A model generated the notes under the pieces. It searched no databases. It saw only the letters and a program-made list of their open reading frames with translations, and was not told the origin of the DNA. The position numbers and the translations under genes were made by a program. From a virus, in IMG/VR virus record IMGVR_UViG_3300048686_000449, positions 1 to 64,000 of that record: 64,000 nucleotides of DNA; one strand, 5' to 3'. Of the stretch, positions 9,052 through 18,912 are shown in pieces (within the stretch, counting starts at the first letter, position 1; each line of letters opens with the position of its first letter).

Positions 9052-9880
9052 ACACCTATTTAGCGTTCTGTAGCGTGCACCAGGACAAAGCTGGCAAATG
9101 GGGTCTGTCGAGTGGTCTGAGTAGCTGGATTCGTGTATTCGACGGTCCAATAGGTGATGCCATAGAGGATCCCGAGACAGTTCACAATCGTCCCAGTCTG
9201 GTGATAGAGCATACTAGGAACACTGTGGTGCACTCGTTCTCCGAGTCGCGAAGTATCCGTACTGGGTTTCAGTTGTGCACGACGAGCCATCGAGATCCTC
9301 CCAATAAATAGTGTACAACAAGTCTACCTTATTCTACCAAGAAAGTCAAGTTTCCAGTCTCTGAACATGCTGCCTTAGTGGATTATTATCTGGTGCAGGA
9401 TGGAGTGGATATTCCCTTCTCTGCGAAAGCTGGGGCTGGTGGAGCACCCCGAATCCTGTGGGCAATCGGATCGGGATGACGATGGTCAAACGACCTCATA
9501 AGACCTAATCAGGAGTCTCAATGCGTCCTTCACAGTCAGACGGGATCATTCGCGAATATACCAGTTGCACTCGACGATCATCATGCATTTGTGTCTCCGT
9601 GGATGGTTTCTCGAGATTATCCAGTTTTTCTACGACCCCCTAAATACTCAGTCTAGACCGCAATTTCTCAGTAGATTATCATGTGTTTTCGTTACTTTTT
9701 CGTTACGTGATCTAATATAGAAAGAAATATCTCTATGCAACCCTCTCAAATAGACTGGATTGTAAAAGAATGTGTTCATAACTGGACTCATGGAAAGAAG
9801 CGTAAGGTATTCAATTGTCTTCGTGTGTGTATGATTCAACGAGAGTGGCAAATGATACGAATCATACTGACAGCGATTCT

Positions 9881-10123
9881 TTAGTGGACTTGCACTCGAT
9901 AATAGGTGATCTTAGGAGTGATTCGAATAGATTCAAGAAGCGTAATAGAGGCGAGGTGACAAAATTTGTCAAAGTCTTTGTCAAATGTGGGATCATCGGC
10001 GAGAATATCAAGGATCTCACCCGAACACATGGTATTCAGGGCAAGTCGAACGTGAAGTATAGGCAGGGGACACGCAAGTCCCCTGCAGTCCACTGATTTA
10101 CTCTTGATCTCTATATCGTACAT
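9881..10123 (-). CDS. tusA: TusA/SirA-family sulfur carrier protein
   Basis: VDCRGLACPLPIL...GEILDILADDP: the canonical CPxP TusA signature and size. Confidence 0.85.
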   Translation of the reverse strand: MYDIEIKSKSVDCRGLACPLPILHVRLALNTMCSGEILDILADDPTFDKDFDKFCHLASITLLESIRITPKITYYRVQVH

Positions 10124-10460
10124 GACCGCTAGAGGATGATTCTGTTAGTAATTGTCCCTTTGATGTTGATTCGGTCACAGCAGATTGAGCTTGAAGCAAA
10201 TCGTGTAATTCACACTGAAGACGACGATATTTCTGCCAGGTTGCTTCAATGTCGCGTTGCAGCTGAGATACACGATATCGAATCATTGATTCGTCCATCA
10301 TACATTCGTCTCCTCTTGTTCCCAAAAAGGAACCACATGAGATATATCCTGATCCTGTTCATCCGAGGTATCATCGTTGTGCGGGGGGCGTTTCTTGTTG
10401 ATCGGGGTGGCATCGTCACGAAATTTCTGTTTTTGACGCATGGGTTCAAGACTGCGACTA

Positions 10461-11213
10461 CTATACATGGGAATGATTCTCCTTCTGACGCCAGGGAAAG
10501 GACTGATTAAATCGCTGGGCATATTCGGCATTTCCAGCGAGGAAAAAGGGCAACTGGACCGATCCAGCATTGCCACCGAGACGATAATTGACGGTATACT
10601 CACCCGTACACGCAAAGCGCGGAGCAATCTTTCGTAGATGTGAAAAGAACACACGATCTGCACCCCATTGTCCATACCAGGCAGGACCGACGGTGATTGC
10701 TAATGATCGTGGCACACAATAACAGGAGGTATCAATGTGCTGATAGATGTGTGCGGGGTCGGGGGAATAGGCATTCCACTTACCCAAGGATTCACAGTTA
10801 TCACAACAGAGCCAGGTACCTTTTACATCAACGATATTGCGCAGACTATAGGCCCACTGCGCCTGAGTTCGATGTAGAGTAGACAGCAGTGATGCGCAGT
10901 GATGTGGCTGGAGTGTGTTGTCGGAATCTAAGTATATGATGAAATCTGTGTTACAGAGGGCGGGAACTGAGCTATACACACGATGCCCATAGAATCCTTT
11001 GCCGACATTTTCCTCTAAAAAAATAATGCGAAGATGTGTTTGTGATGGTAAGGACTCAACAATATCCATCACTTCCTGATGATATTGTGCCCCATCAATC
11101 ACAAGATAATGAACCACGGGAATGGTTTGTTCCATGACCGAACGAAGACATGCGGCGAGATGTGGACCACCAATTGTGGGGGTGATAATACCTATAGTGG
11201 ATTCAGTCATCAT
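10461..11213 (-). CDS. Glycosyltransferase family 2
   Basis: IITPT...LVIDG...IYLDSDN (DxD), GADR. Confidence 0.85.
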   Translation of the reverse strand: MMTESTIGIITPTIGGPHLAACLRSVMEQTIPVVHYLVIDGAQYHQEVMDIVESLPSQTHLRIIFLEENVGKGFYGHRVYSSVPALCNTDFIIYLDSDNTLQPHHCASLLSTLHRTQAQWAYSLRNIVDVKGTWLCCDNCESLGKWNAYSPDPAHIYQHIDTSCYCVPRSLAITVGPAWYGQWGADRVFFSHLRKIAPRFACTGEYTVNYRLGGNAGSVQLPFFLAGNAEYAQRFNQSFPWRQKENHSHV

Positions 11214-11234
11214 GTTAACACTAGTATATACGAT

Positions 11235-11453
11235 TCACACACAAAAGTCAAATTTATGGCAGTGGATCTCGTCTGTTGGGGTCTTTTCCCATGGGAGTAT
11301 GCACTGGCTCATCAAGTGGAATAGGATTTTTTTCGGTTTTCGCGGTATTCGTGTCTTTGATGACGAGAGTGGACCTATCGGGGTCATAGAAATCGCTCCA
11401 CTCCATCGCGGTGGAGCGTCATCTTCAGTAATAAAAGCACGAAATGTTTTCAT
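11235..11453 (-). CDS. Small protein with capsid-targeting-like N-terminus
   Basis: MKTFRAFITE start; the C-terminal frame is uncertain because of an A7 run. Confidence 0.5.
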   Translation of the reverse strand: MKTFRAFITEDDAPPRWSGAISMTPIGPLSSSKTRIPRKPKKILFHLMSQCILPWEKTPTDEIHCHKFDFCV

Positions 11454-11765
11454 ACTAGTAATAACAGCATCTCGTGTGCAACCAGTCCAATGGATAGTGG
11501 AGAGTAAGGCTCTCGTCCGTATCTGGGAACACGATTATCTGTCATTCTCATTGTAGTGAGAGACTGAACGACTATTTCTATTTAGTATTTCCTGAGAATT
11601 CACTATATCGTAATTGCATTCGTAACTCCTCTAATTCACGCAAAACTCGCTCATAATCCTCTGCTTTGACATAACACGGGGTTCCATCATTATGATAAGA
11701 CCATTCAGGATCAGGAATAAGATATTTGTCATCTAAACACAGATATCGTATAGCCATAGTGACTC

Positions 11766-12014
11766 CTAACGACGAAAATCTTTCCAGAAATCGTCCATCT
11801 CGGGCGGTGGTGCATCAGCCGCTGGTTGCAAGACTGGATTCAGTTCATAGGATCCTCGTCGTGTCTCAGTAGTTTGGAGCTTTTGATGAAGATCTCGCAA
11901 GGCTAATCGAATAATCGCTGCCATTGAGAGACCATAGTGCGCCGAAAGCTGTAACAGCTTTTCATAGTCGGACACTTCCATCAATGTATCAAACTTTTTG
12001 ACGAGTCGTGCCAC
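11766..12014 (-). CDS. Ribbon-helix-helix (CopG-like) DNA-binding protein
   Basis: KKFDTLMEVSDYEKLLQLSAHYGLSMAAIIRLAL. Confidence 0.7.
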   Translation of the reverse strand: MARLVKKFDTLMEVSDYEKLLQLSAHYGLSMAAIIRLALRDLHQKLQTTETRRGSYELNPVLQPAADAPPPEMDDFWKDFRR

Positions 12015-12507
12015 GCTTCTTCGTCTCCTTCACTGAAGTGTCAACTTTGGTTGCTTCCTTCAGATCAAAGGGTAATGTTGGGAAGGCTTCCTTAGCAACA
12101 GATGCCGTCAATCCATGAATACACTCTGGCACTTTCTTTTGTAGCAGGGCGCACAAAATCTTGGCTTCTTCTGGATGTAGATAGGACAGAATCTGCGTCA
12201 AAATTGTTTGCTCTTTCTTTTCAGTTAACTTTGATACCCGTCTTGGATGCCCGTCTATAAAGATATATAACCGTGAAAGCTCTCCGTGTAAGTAGGTGTC
12301 GTTCATTCCCGCTGGCATCAATGATGGTTTATATTTGGGAATTTGCGAAATATCAAACTTCACGGTAGGATTGAACGCGGCATTCAGGAATTCGGGCAAC
12401 CGTGATCCGCCGCGCGACATTGCAAAGTTTCTCAAAATTATGATTTTCTCTTCTCGCGTCTTTGCAGACTGAAATTGTTCAAACACTTCATGATAGAGTT
12501 GATACAT
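11989..12507 (-). CDS. Conserved T4-like hypothetical protein
   Basis: TREEKIIILR...IPKYKP...LHPEEAKIL pattern seen in T4-like phages; GGAGG RBS. Confidence 0.65.
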   Translation of the reverse strand: MYQLYHEVFEQFQSAKTREEKIIILRNFAMSRGGSRLPEFLNAAFNPTVKFDISQIPKYKPSLMPAGMNDTYLHGELSRLYIFIDGHPRRVSKLTEKKEQTILTQILSYLHPEEAKILCALLQKKVPECIHGLTASVAKEAFPTLPFDLKEATKVDTSVKETKKRGTTRQKV

Positions 12508-12555
12508 ATGACCTCCTAATAATATATTCACACAACCTACTGATATTTAGTGACC

Positions 12556-14556
12556 TCATTTACTCGTCGCCACATAGACGCCCGTCCAATTTGAAGGGCA
12601 TCCTGCAGATAATCGCTGTGTCATGATGGTATAATACTCTTTCAGTGTAGGATTTGATTGCGATAATCCATCAGCTAAGTGAAGAGCTTTTTTCCATTCT
12701 CCCGAATAATACAAGTCTAAAAATTGTTGATGGACTGTATCATGTTCAGCTACGGTGTAAATATGAACACCCTGCTTCTTACCTTTCACAGCTAAACAAT
12801 CAAGTTCTGTTACTGAGATTCGCGATTTCACTATCTCAGCAGTCTGTGGCCCAAGAATCAACTTGACCCCATATGATTTGCTCTGACCTTCCAATCGTGA
12901 GGCGAGATTGACCGCATCACCTAGACAGGTATAATCAAATCGTTGAGTGCTGCCCATGTTCCCGACAATCACAGATCCTGTATTGATGCCGATACCCATG
13001 CCAAATGGTGGAACGCCTTCCGCAGCAATCTCCTCATTGAAACGATCCAAATCATGAAGCATTGTTTGGGCTGTCAGAACGGCATGATACGCATGATCCG
13101 CATCATTCAACGGTGCATTCCAGAAGGCCATCTGGGCATCTCCGATGTACTTATCTAATGTTCCCTGTTGAACGAGAATAGTTTCAGTCATGGCTGTCAT
13201 ATACCGATTCATAATCTGCGTCAGCCCTTCAACATTCTCTCCATAATGTTCTGAGATCGTGGTGAATCCGCGTACATCAGTAAACATAATACTCAGTTCT
13301 CGTCGTTCACCACCCAAACGTAACAGCGCAGGATTTTGTTGGAGCTTCTCCACCATTGCAGGTGACAGATAAGTTCCAAATTGTTTTTTGATTTGTTGCT
13401 TTTGCAGAAACTCAGAGAGGAACTTGACGCCATACGCATGTAACGCAATCAGAATAAATCCTGCATCCAACATCGTAACATCAAGCAGCCATTTCTCTTT
13501 CGTATAGAACCAATAGGTGAATGCTGGCGCACTCAAAATCAGAAGAACTGTAAACCCGAGTCCCACATAGGTCCAGCGACTGAGCGCAATAATTAGAAGA
13601 CCCCCCAGACACAGCAATGATAATTCAAGTCCCATGGCCCAATCGGGTCGTTGAATGGAGATGCCATTGATCAGAGTACCAATGACCGCTGCTTGGACAT
13701 CGTGCGGCCACACTGATCCAAGACTGGTCGGCACAGGATTGGCCACGCCTGTCGCAGTGACACCCAGAATGACAATGGCACCGTTGAGATCGGGAATGGG
13801 ATCAAGAAAAGAGTGTGTTTGAGCCGTCTGTGTCCAATCAATCCACACTCGTCCGAGTTCATCAGTCGCAATCGGTCCAAATTGAGGAATACGCAACTTC
13901 TCAATCCCGCCCGAGAATAACTTGACCTGAATCGTTGTATCATTAGCTAAGAGACGAAGAGTTTCCAGTGGCACCGAAGGATACAACACGCCCTGCGCAC
14001 TCGCGACTAATGGCATTCGACGAACCACACCATCAAGTTCGGGTAATGTATGAATCGTACCGACTCCAGCGGCAGCCGTTTCTAACAGAGGAATATTTGA
14101 GAGCATACCTGGATAAGTGATGAGTTGTGTGAGATATTCGGGATTGAGCACTACGCTTCCAGGGTAACGTGGTACATTCTTTTGTTCTTTGGCTGGCGCA
14201 TTCACTAAGAGCACGGGATAACGATCCATCGTTTTTGCAAATAATTCATCACCATGATGTGGATCTGGGTCGGGCATCAAAATGGTGCTGATAACAAGTC
14301 CAGCACCGTGTGCATAGAGTTGTTGAATATACTCTGCATACACTGAGCGATTTAATGGATATTGCCCATAGCGAGTAATTGTCTGATCATCGATTTGAAT
14401 TGTATGAATCTGCGTGGCGACAGCAGGACCCGATGTCACCAATGTATCAAAGTATCGTAATCTGACTGATTCTAAAAATGATGGATCAGATTCACGAACA
14501 GCAACCATTAAACATAATGTGAGAATTGCCCACCAGGGTGTTAACCAACGAATCAT
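12556..14556 (-). CDS. CHASE2-domain class III adenylate/guanylate cyclase
   Basis: N-terminal TM, CHASE2 (DGVVRR), three TMs, then cyclase motifs IMFTDVRGFT, DKYIGDAQMAFW, GIGINTG, GDAVNLASRLE, VKGK. Confidence 0.93.
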   Translation of the reverse strand: MIRWLTPWWAILTLCLMVAVRESDPSFLESVRLRYFDTLVTSGPAVATQIHTIQIDDQTITRYGQYPLNRSVYAEYIQQLYAHGAGLVISTILMPDPDPHHGDELFAKTMDRYPVLLVNAPAKEQKNVPRYPGSVVLNPEYLTQLITYPGMLSNIPLLETAAAGVGTIHTLPELDGVVRRMPLVASAQGVLYPSVPLETLRLLANDTTIQVKLFSGGIEKLRIPQFGPIATDELGRVWIDWTQTAQTHSFLDPIPDLNGAIVILGVTATGVANPVPTSLGSVWPHDVQAAVIGTLINGISIQRPDWAMGLELSLLCLGGLLIIALSRWTYVGLGFTVLLILSAPAFTYWFYTKEKWLLDVTMLDAGFILIALHAYGVKFLSEFLQKQQIKKQFGTYLSPAMVEKLQQNPALLRLGGERRELSIMFTDVRGFTTISEHYGENVEGLTQIMNRYMTAMTETILVQQGTLDKYIGDAQMAFWNAPLNDADHAYHAVLTAQTMLHDLDRFNEEIAAEGVPPFGMGIGINTGSVIVGNMGSTQRFDYTCLGDAVNLASRLEGQSKSYGVKLILGPQTAEIVKSRISVTELDCLAVKGKKQGVHIYTVAEHDTVHQQFLDLYYSGEWKKALHLADGLSQSNPTLKEYYTIMTQRLSAGCPSNWTGVYVATSK

Positions 14557-14557
14557 A

Positions 14558-15322
14558 TTAGTGTTGAGTCACACTCGCCGAACAACCCGCAGGATTCAAA
14601 CAATTTTGTGTTAACGAATAGGATTTATTCGTTGATCCACTCTGCGAGAGATTCAGTGAAGATGACCCCCCTCCATTTGTAAGTTCAATGATAGCTGTAT
14701 GCGATCCGCTCCCCGTTTGTGAGGAGGTCACGCTATTACCATTACCATTGAGTGTGACTGATAATGAATGATTCCCCGCATCTTGTTGGACCGCAGAGAT
14801 CATATTTGTATTACCATTAATGTTGAGAGTTTGAATTTTTGTCTTGGCATCTTTTTGCAACGCTGATACTTGATTGGCATTTCCTAAAATTGTTGTATTG
14901 AGAATATGCCCCGAATCAACATCTCCCATATTAAATTGTGTGACATTGAGAATATTATCCACCCCATTTATATAAATGTTTGATGTGTGACCACCACTGT
15001 CTAACGCACCACCTTGGGTGACGTTAACACTATTTCCTTGATTATATAACTGAACCGACGCAGTTGACGAAGGAGTTTCTTGTGTTATGGTGATTATATT
15101 GTTATCGCCGACTTGATCCACATACACTGAATTCTCTGCGAGTGCAGGAGGATTAACTATAAAAAGAATCGTCAAGATCCAGTTAGTTAGACTGACGAAT
15201 CGTAATTGTCGTGCTGCCGCCCTGATTAACACGGTTTGTAATCTCCACGCTACCTTGGATTTGAGTGATGGTACTATTTTGATTTGTAGGAGTCTGAATA
15301 CATTGAATATTAGACCCATCAT
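14558..15322 (-). CDS. Curlin-repeat protein (CsgB/CsgA-like); true start probably ~15230
   Basis: Signal-like hydrophobic stretch, then NSVYVDQVGDNNIITITQ and further Q-x-G-x-x-N repeats. Confidence 0.8.
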   Translation of the reverse strand: MMGLIFNVFRLLQIKIVPSLKSKVAWRLQTVLIRAAARQLRFVSLTNWILTILFIVNPPALAENSVYVDQVGDNNIITITQETPSSTASVQLYNQGNSVNVTQGGALDSGGHTSNIYINGVDNILNVTQFNMGDVDSGHILNTTILGNANQVSALQKDAKTKIQTLNINGNTNMISAVQQDAGNHSLSVTLNGNGNSVTSSQTGSGSHTAIIELTNGGGSSSLNLSQSGSTNKSYSLTQNCLNPAGCSASVTQH

Positions 15323-16349
15323 TTCGGCATAATTCTACACTTGGTTCATCAATCGCCACAACAACTCCAGAAGATTTCACATAATCTGGTAAGAGTCCAC
15401 CTTTGGTACGAGCTAATGCATCCGCTTTTGCTGCGAGTTGTTCATTGATTTGATCAAGAATATTTTGTAAAAAGTCTTGATCTAATGAATTCTGTTCCAG
15501 CTTATTGACATACATTTTTTGAATTTCTTTATTTGATTGATCGAATGCATTCACGAGTCCTGTGGAAGCCAAAAAGTCAATATCTAATGCACCTTTGTTG
15601 AGATTCAATCGTGCGTCTTTTTTATCCTGTAGTTCCTGTGGTGGAGCAAATAGAATCATATTATGAATCGCATCTTCGCTGAGATTGAGAATGACGGGTG
15701 ATTTGGGTTTTGTTTCTTTAGTCTCCACACGTGTGGCTTGAAATGCTTGATTCATTACAACAATACCTTCCGATGTCTCTACAGAGATTTCACCCACCTT
15801 ACAATCACGTTCAATTGAGATCCAGCCACGTGGACAACTGGGTAACAAGATAATCGTGCTGCGTCCCAATTCATCAACTGATGCAGTAAAATCCGTCCCG
15901 CGCACACCGATTGTTGCTGTGGGAGTCGTAATCGCTACAGCTTGAGGATTGCGTTTCGCAATTGCTCCAGAGGCATATCGTACTGTTCCAAGTGCCACTT
16001 TCATCGCTAATTTTCCACCAGTAGATGATTTTGGATCATAGACAAACTCATCAATGACTAATCGTGAATTATCAGTTACCTGTACTTTAGTTTGATCGTC
16101 AAAGACAATTCCGATTTTTCCTTGCGCAGTACGAATCGCATCCATCATCTCAACTCCACTACCCTTCTTCCCCTCTAAAAATTGGGTTGAGCGTTTAATT
16201 TGCGCGGGTTGATTGATTTGTTCTGTAATCGTTCCGATGGACGCACTGACCATCACTGGAACAGTCAGTGCGATCCACAGATTAATTATGAGAATTGATA
16301 CTAAGTGTATTCCCATTTCCAACCGATGTAATAGCGACATGGGTATCAA
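15183..16349 (-). CDS. FecR-domain protein with curlin-like C-terminus
   Basis: DAIRT...FDDQTKV...TPTATIGVRGTDF FecR signature; signal peptide (likely start 16316). Confidence 0.85.
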   Translation of the reverse strand: MIPMSLLHRLEMGIHLVSILIINLWIALTVPVMVSASIGTITEQINQPAQIKRSTQFLEGKKGSGVEMMDAIRTAQGKIGIVFDDQTKVQVTDNSRLVIDEFVYDPKSSTGGKLAMKVALGTVRYASGAIAKRNPQAVAITTPTATIGVRGTDFTASVDELGRSTIILLPSCPRGWISIERDCKVGEISVETSEGIVVMNQAFQATRVETKETKPKSPVILNLSEDAIHNMILFAPPQELQDKKDARLNLNKGALDIDFLASTGLVNAFDQSNKEIQKMYVNKLEQNSLDQDFLQNILDQINEQLAAKADALARTKGGLLPDYVKSSGVVVAIDEPSVELCRNDGSNIQCIQTPTNQNSTITQIQGSVEITNRVNQGGSTTITIRQSN

Positions 16350-17055
16350 TAGTGCCGCTTTGTGTAATGGTTGCGCTGTTACTAGATCCCGTCACACTTA
16401 ATTCAGTCGTATGACCTGTCGTTCCTGCGGTGCCGCTTTGCGTTAAAGAGACGGTATTACTCGCACCCACTGTCGTGATGGTACTGGTACCTTTATTACT
16501 TGTGAGATTAAGTGTTGCGCTGTTACTCGCACCACCCGTCATTGATGTAGTATTAGTAATATTCGTTCCTGCAATAGTGGCTGAAAGTGTTTGATTATTA
16601 CCACCCGTTTGTGTAGCAGTTAACGAGTTACTGGTACCAGTCATTGTCACGTTAGTTGAAGCATAGTTTCCTCCTTGCGTGATGGCTACTGTATTCTCAT
16701 CAGAGATAGAGGATCCATCGTTGTTCATATTAATGGTAGCTGAACCGTTACTTCCTGTAACTTCATATGTCATTGAGTTTGAATCACCCAACCCACCATT
16801 AATACCTAAATTCAGTTGGTTTCCTGTACCCGTTTGGGTCACAGAAACTGTTGTATCTGATCCATAAATTTTAGCTTTGGTATCACTAGCGGCTCCAATT
16901 CCCTTGACTGTATTTGTTGAACCATTCTGTTCAATCGTAATCGTCGAGGTCGATCCGATTTGATCAATATAAACTCCATTATCTCCAGCCCACGCTGTCA
17001 CTCCAATCATACATGATAACAGCAGCGTGAAGATAAAATGACTGAAACGTTTCAT
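16282..17055 (-). CDS. Curlin-repeat protein (major curlin-like)
   Basis: Signal peptide, NGVYIDQIGSTSTITIEQNG and many S/T/G/N-rich QxGxxN repeats. Confidence 0.85.
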   Translation of the reverse strand: MKRFSHFIFTLLLSCMIGVTAWAGDNGVYIDQIGSTSTITIEQNGSTNTVKGIGAASDTKAKIYGSDTTVSVTQTGTGNQLNLGINGGLGDSNSMTYEVTGSNGSATINMNNDGSSISDENTVAITQGGNYASTNVTMTGTSNSLTATQTGGNNQTLSATIAGTNITNTTSMTGGASNSATLNLTSNKGTSTITTVGASNTVSLTQSGTAGTTGHTTELSVTGSSNSATITQSGTIDTHVAITSVGNGNTLSINSHN

Positions 17056-17879
17056 TGATCCTCCTGTGGGGTAATTGAATCAGGGGGATTCCCCCAAATT
17101 CCCTTTCGTGTTCCTTCCTTAATAAGTTCTAATACAGCAGCTTCAATAGTATATTTGACGGCAAATGTACCAGGCTCATTGACAGTCAATCCGATTTCTC
17201 CTTCAAATGCTTTTGTTCCTTGATCAAAAAACTTTAATGCAGTCGCATGATCGGCCACTGAGAGTAAGTTTTTTTGTACATTTACTGATGCTAACACTTT
17301 CCCTGTTGACACTGATACAACACGCAAACTGACGGTCACGACATCTTCTGAAAATTGTGTAGATCCGCCGACCCCTAAGTATCTCGCCCCAATCCCACCA
17401 CTTTTGGTCGTTGTATCATAACCAATGACTCCACCTTCAATTAAAATTCCAGCAAATAATAATGGTTGAAGTGGTTTTGAACTAGTCCCTTCATAGGCAT
17501 CGCGCATCTGACGAATCAATTGACGTTCTCGTGTCAATCCATCGACGCCAATACGTTCTAATACTGTGAACCATTCACCTCTTCCTACATCTTGCAGAGC
17601 TTTAATTAAAAAGACTTCAGCTCCTTGGGTCAATGCAGTGCTAAATGATGCCATGTTATTGGAGGGTCGTCGTTGTCCCGTTTTATCTAAAAATGAATAC
17701 ACCGCCACCGTAATTGGTTTGCCCATTGGTGGACCAGTGATACTATCAAACTCGCGTTGTAATAAATTTTTCGTCACTTCTGGTTTTTGGGGTAATTGAT
17801 CGACCAAGACTGCGCATCCTGTCATCAACCAGAGATGCAGGATAATCATCAGCGTGAGTATAATTGAGAGAATATTCAT
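17052..17879 (-). CDS. csgG: Curli secretion channel CsgG
   Basis: Lipobox MTGC; VAVYSFLDKTGQR, STALTQGA, WFTVLER, IEGGVIGYD. Confidence 0.93.
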   Translation of the reverse strand: MNILSIILTLMIILHLWLMTGCAVLVDQLPQKPEVTKNLLQREFDSITGPPMGKPITVAVYSFLDKTGQRRPSNNMASFSTALTQGAEVFLIKALQDVGRGEWFTVLERIGVDGLTRERQLIRQMRDAYEGTSSKPLQPLLFAGILIEGGVIGYDTTTKSGGIGARYLGVGGSTQFSEDVVTVSLRVVSVSTGKVLASVNVQKNLLSVADHATALKFFDQGTKAFEGEIGLTVNEPGTFAVKYTIEAAVLELIKEGTRKGIWGNPPDSITPQEDQ

Positions 17880-18331
17880 TAGAATTGAAAACTTCCCAAT
17901 GGAATCGTGACCACCGTGCGAGTCCCATTGGTGTCAATCGTAGTAAGTTGAATATTTGTGCCATCTTTAATCCACGAAATCGTATTTCCCTCAAACACCA
18001 AGGTGCCTTGATTTGTCCCACCATTGGCAAACATGGCTGTAGCCAAATTTTGGGAGATTTGTGCGTAAATACGACTTTCCAGGTTATTGAGAAACTTGGA
18101 GAGATTGGTATTGTTGGATTCAGCTTTGGCTTTATCCAAGGCTGCTTGAATCTCAGCTTTGAGTTTATCACGACGAGTAGCTTCAAGATTCTCAATCGTC
18201 AGGGTATGACTGGAGTACCCTATACCATTGAATGCAGGACTAAGAAACTTGAAATCTTCAATAGGAGCAGCAAAAGAGAAATAAGGAAAGAGTAGCAAGA
18301 GAAGTATAACAATAGTGCGGGGGGATAACAT
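17879..18331 (-). CDS. csgF: Curli assembly protein CsgF
   Basis: Signal peptide, FKFLSPAFNG, FLNNLESRIYAQ; position next to csgG. Confidence 0.85.
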   Translation of the reverse strand: MLSPRTIVILLLLLFPYFSFAAPIEDFKFLSPAFNGIGYSSHTLTIENLEATRRDKLKAEIQAALDKAKAESNNTNLSKFLNNLESRIYAQISQNLATAMFANGGTNQGTLVFEGNTISWIKDGTNIQLTTIDTNGTRTVVTIPLGSFQF

Positions 18332-18377
18332 CGAGAACTCCTTATGTTATCATCATATTTGAAAACCTCACGCTCGG

Positions 18378-18629
18378 TTATTGCTCATTGTGTTTTTGTT
18401 TTTTCAATTCTAAAACAACATTGACTTTTTGATGAAGACGAATCAAATCATTATCAAGCATTCTAACTCGGTCAATCAACCCAACTAATGTCTTTTTCGT
18501 TTCATTAAGTACGGGTTCAATAGTTTCGGTCACCCAAGTCCAGACATACCAAATCATATAGAACATCCCACCTGCTGCCACGATGGGGAATCCATATTTA
18601 TTGATAAGTTCGACTGGATTAGTTTCCAT
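18378..18629 (-). CDS. Small membrane protein (YvrJ/holin-like)
   Basis: GFPIVAA TM followed by a coiled coil; paralog of 18629-18907. Confidence 0.6.
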   Translation of the reverse strand: METNPVELINKYGFPIVAAGGMFYMIWYVWTWVTETIEPVLNETKKTLVGLIDRVRMLDNDLIRLHQKVNVVLELKKQKHNEQ

Positions 18630-18907
18630 TAGTCTTTCCGAGCATCTTCTTTTCCATCAGATCGCGATAAACGATCTAGATCTGGTTGTAAGCGTAACGC
18701 ATGGGAAATTAATGTATCAATTCGAACAATATCAGAGTTCATCGTTTTGACGCGGTTATCAAGTGCCATAATGATGCCTCGCATACTCTCAATCGTTTGC
18801 TGAACGCCTTCAAGAAGAATCTTGATTGTCAAGAAAACAAAGTATCCAGCCCCACATGCAGCAGCAATTGGGAATCCAACTTCCAGTAATGTCAGAAACA
18901 GTTCCAT
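18629..18907 (-). CDS. Small membrane protein (YvrJ/holin-like)
   Basis: GFPIAAA TM followed by a coiled coil. Confidence 0.6.
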   Translation of the reverse strand: MELFLTLLEVGFPIAAACGAGYFVFLTIKILLEGVQQTIESMRGIIMALDNRVKTMNSDIVRIDTLISHALRLQPDLDRLSRSDGKEDARKD

Positions 18908-18912
18908 AAGAG

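Noticed and set aside
9425-9460. tmRNA-like ends (GGGGCTG / GCTCCACCA)
   Set aside because: The motifs overlap on opposite strands and lack a T-arm and tag ORF.
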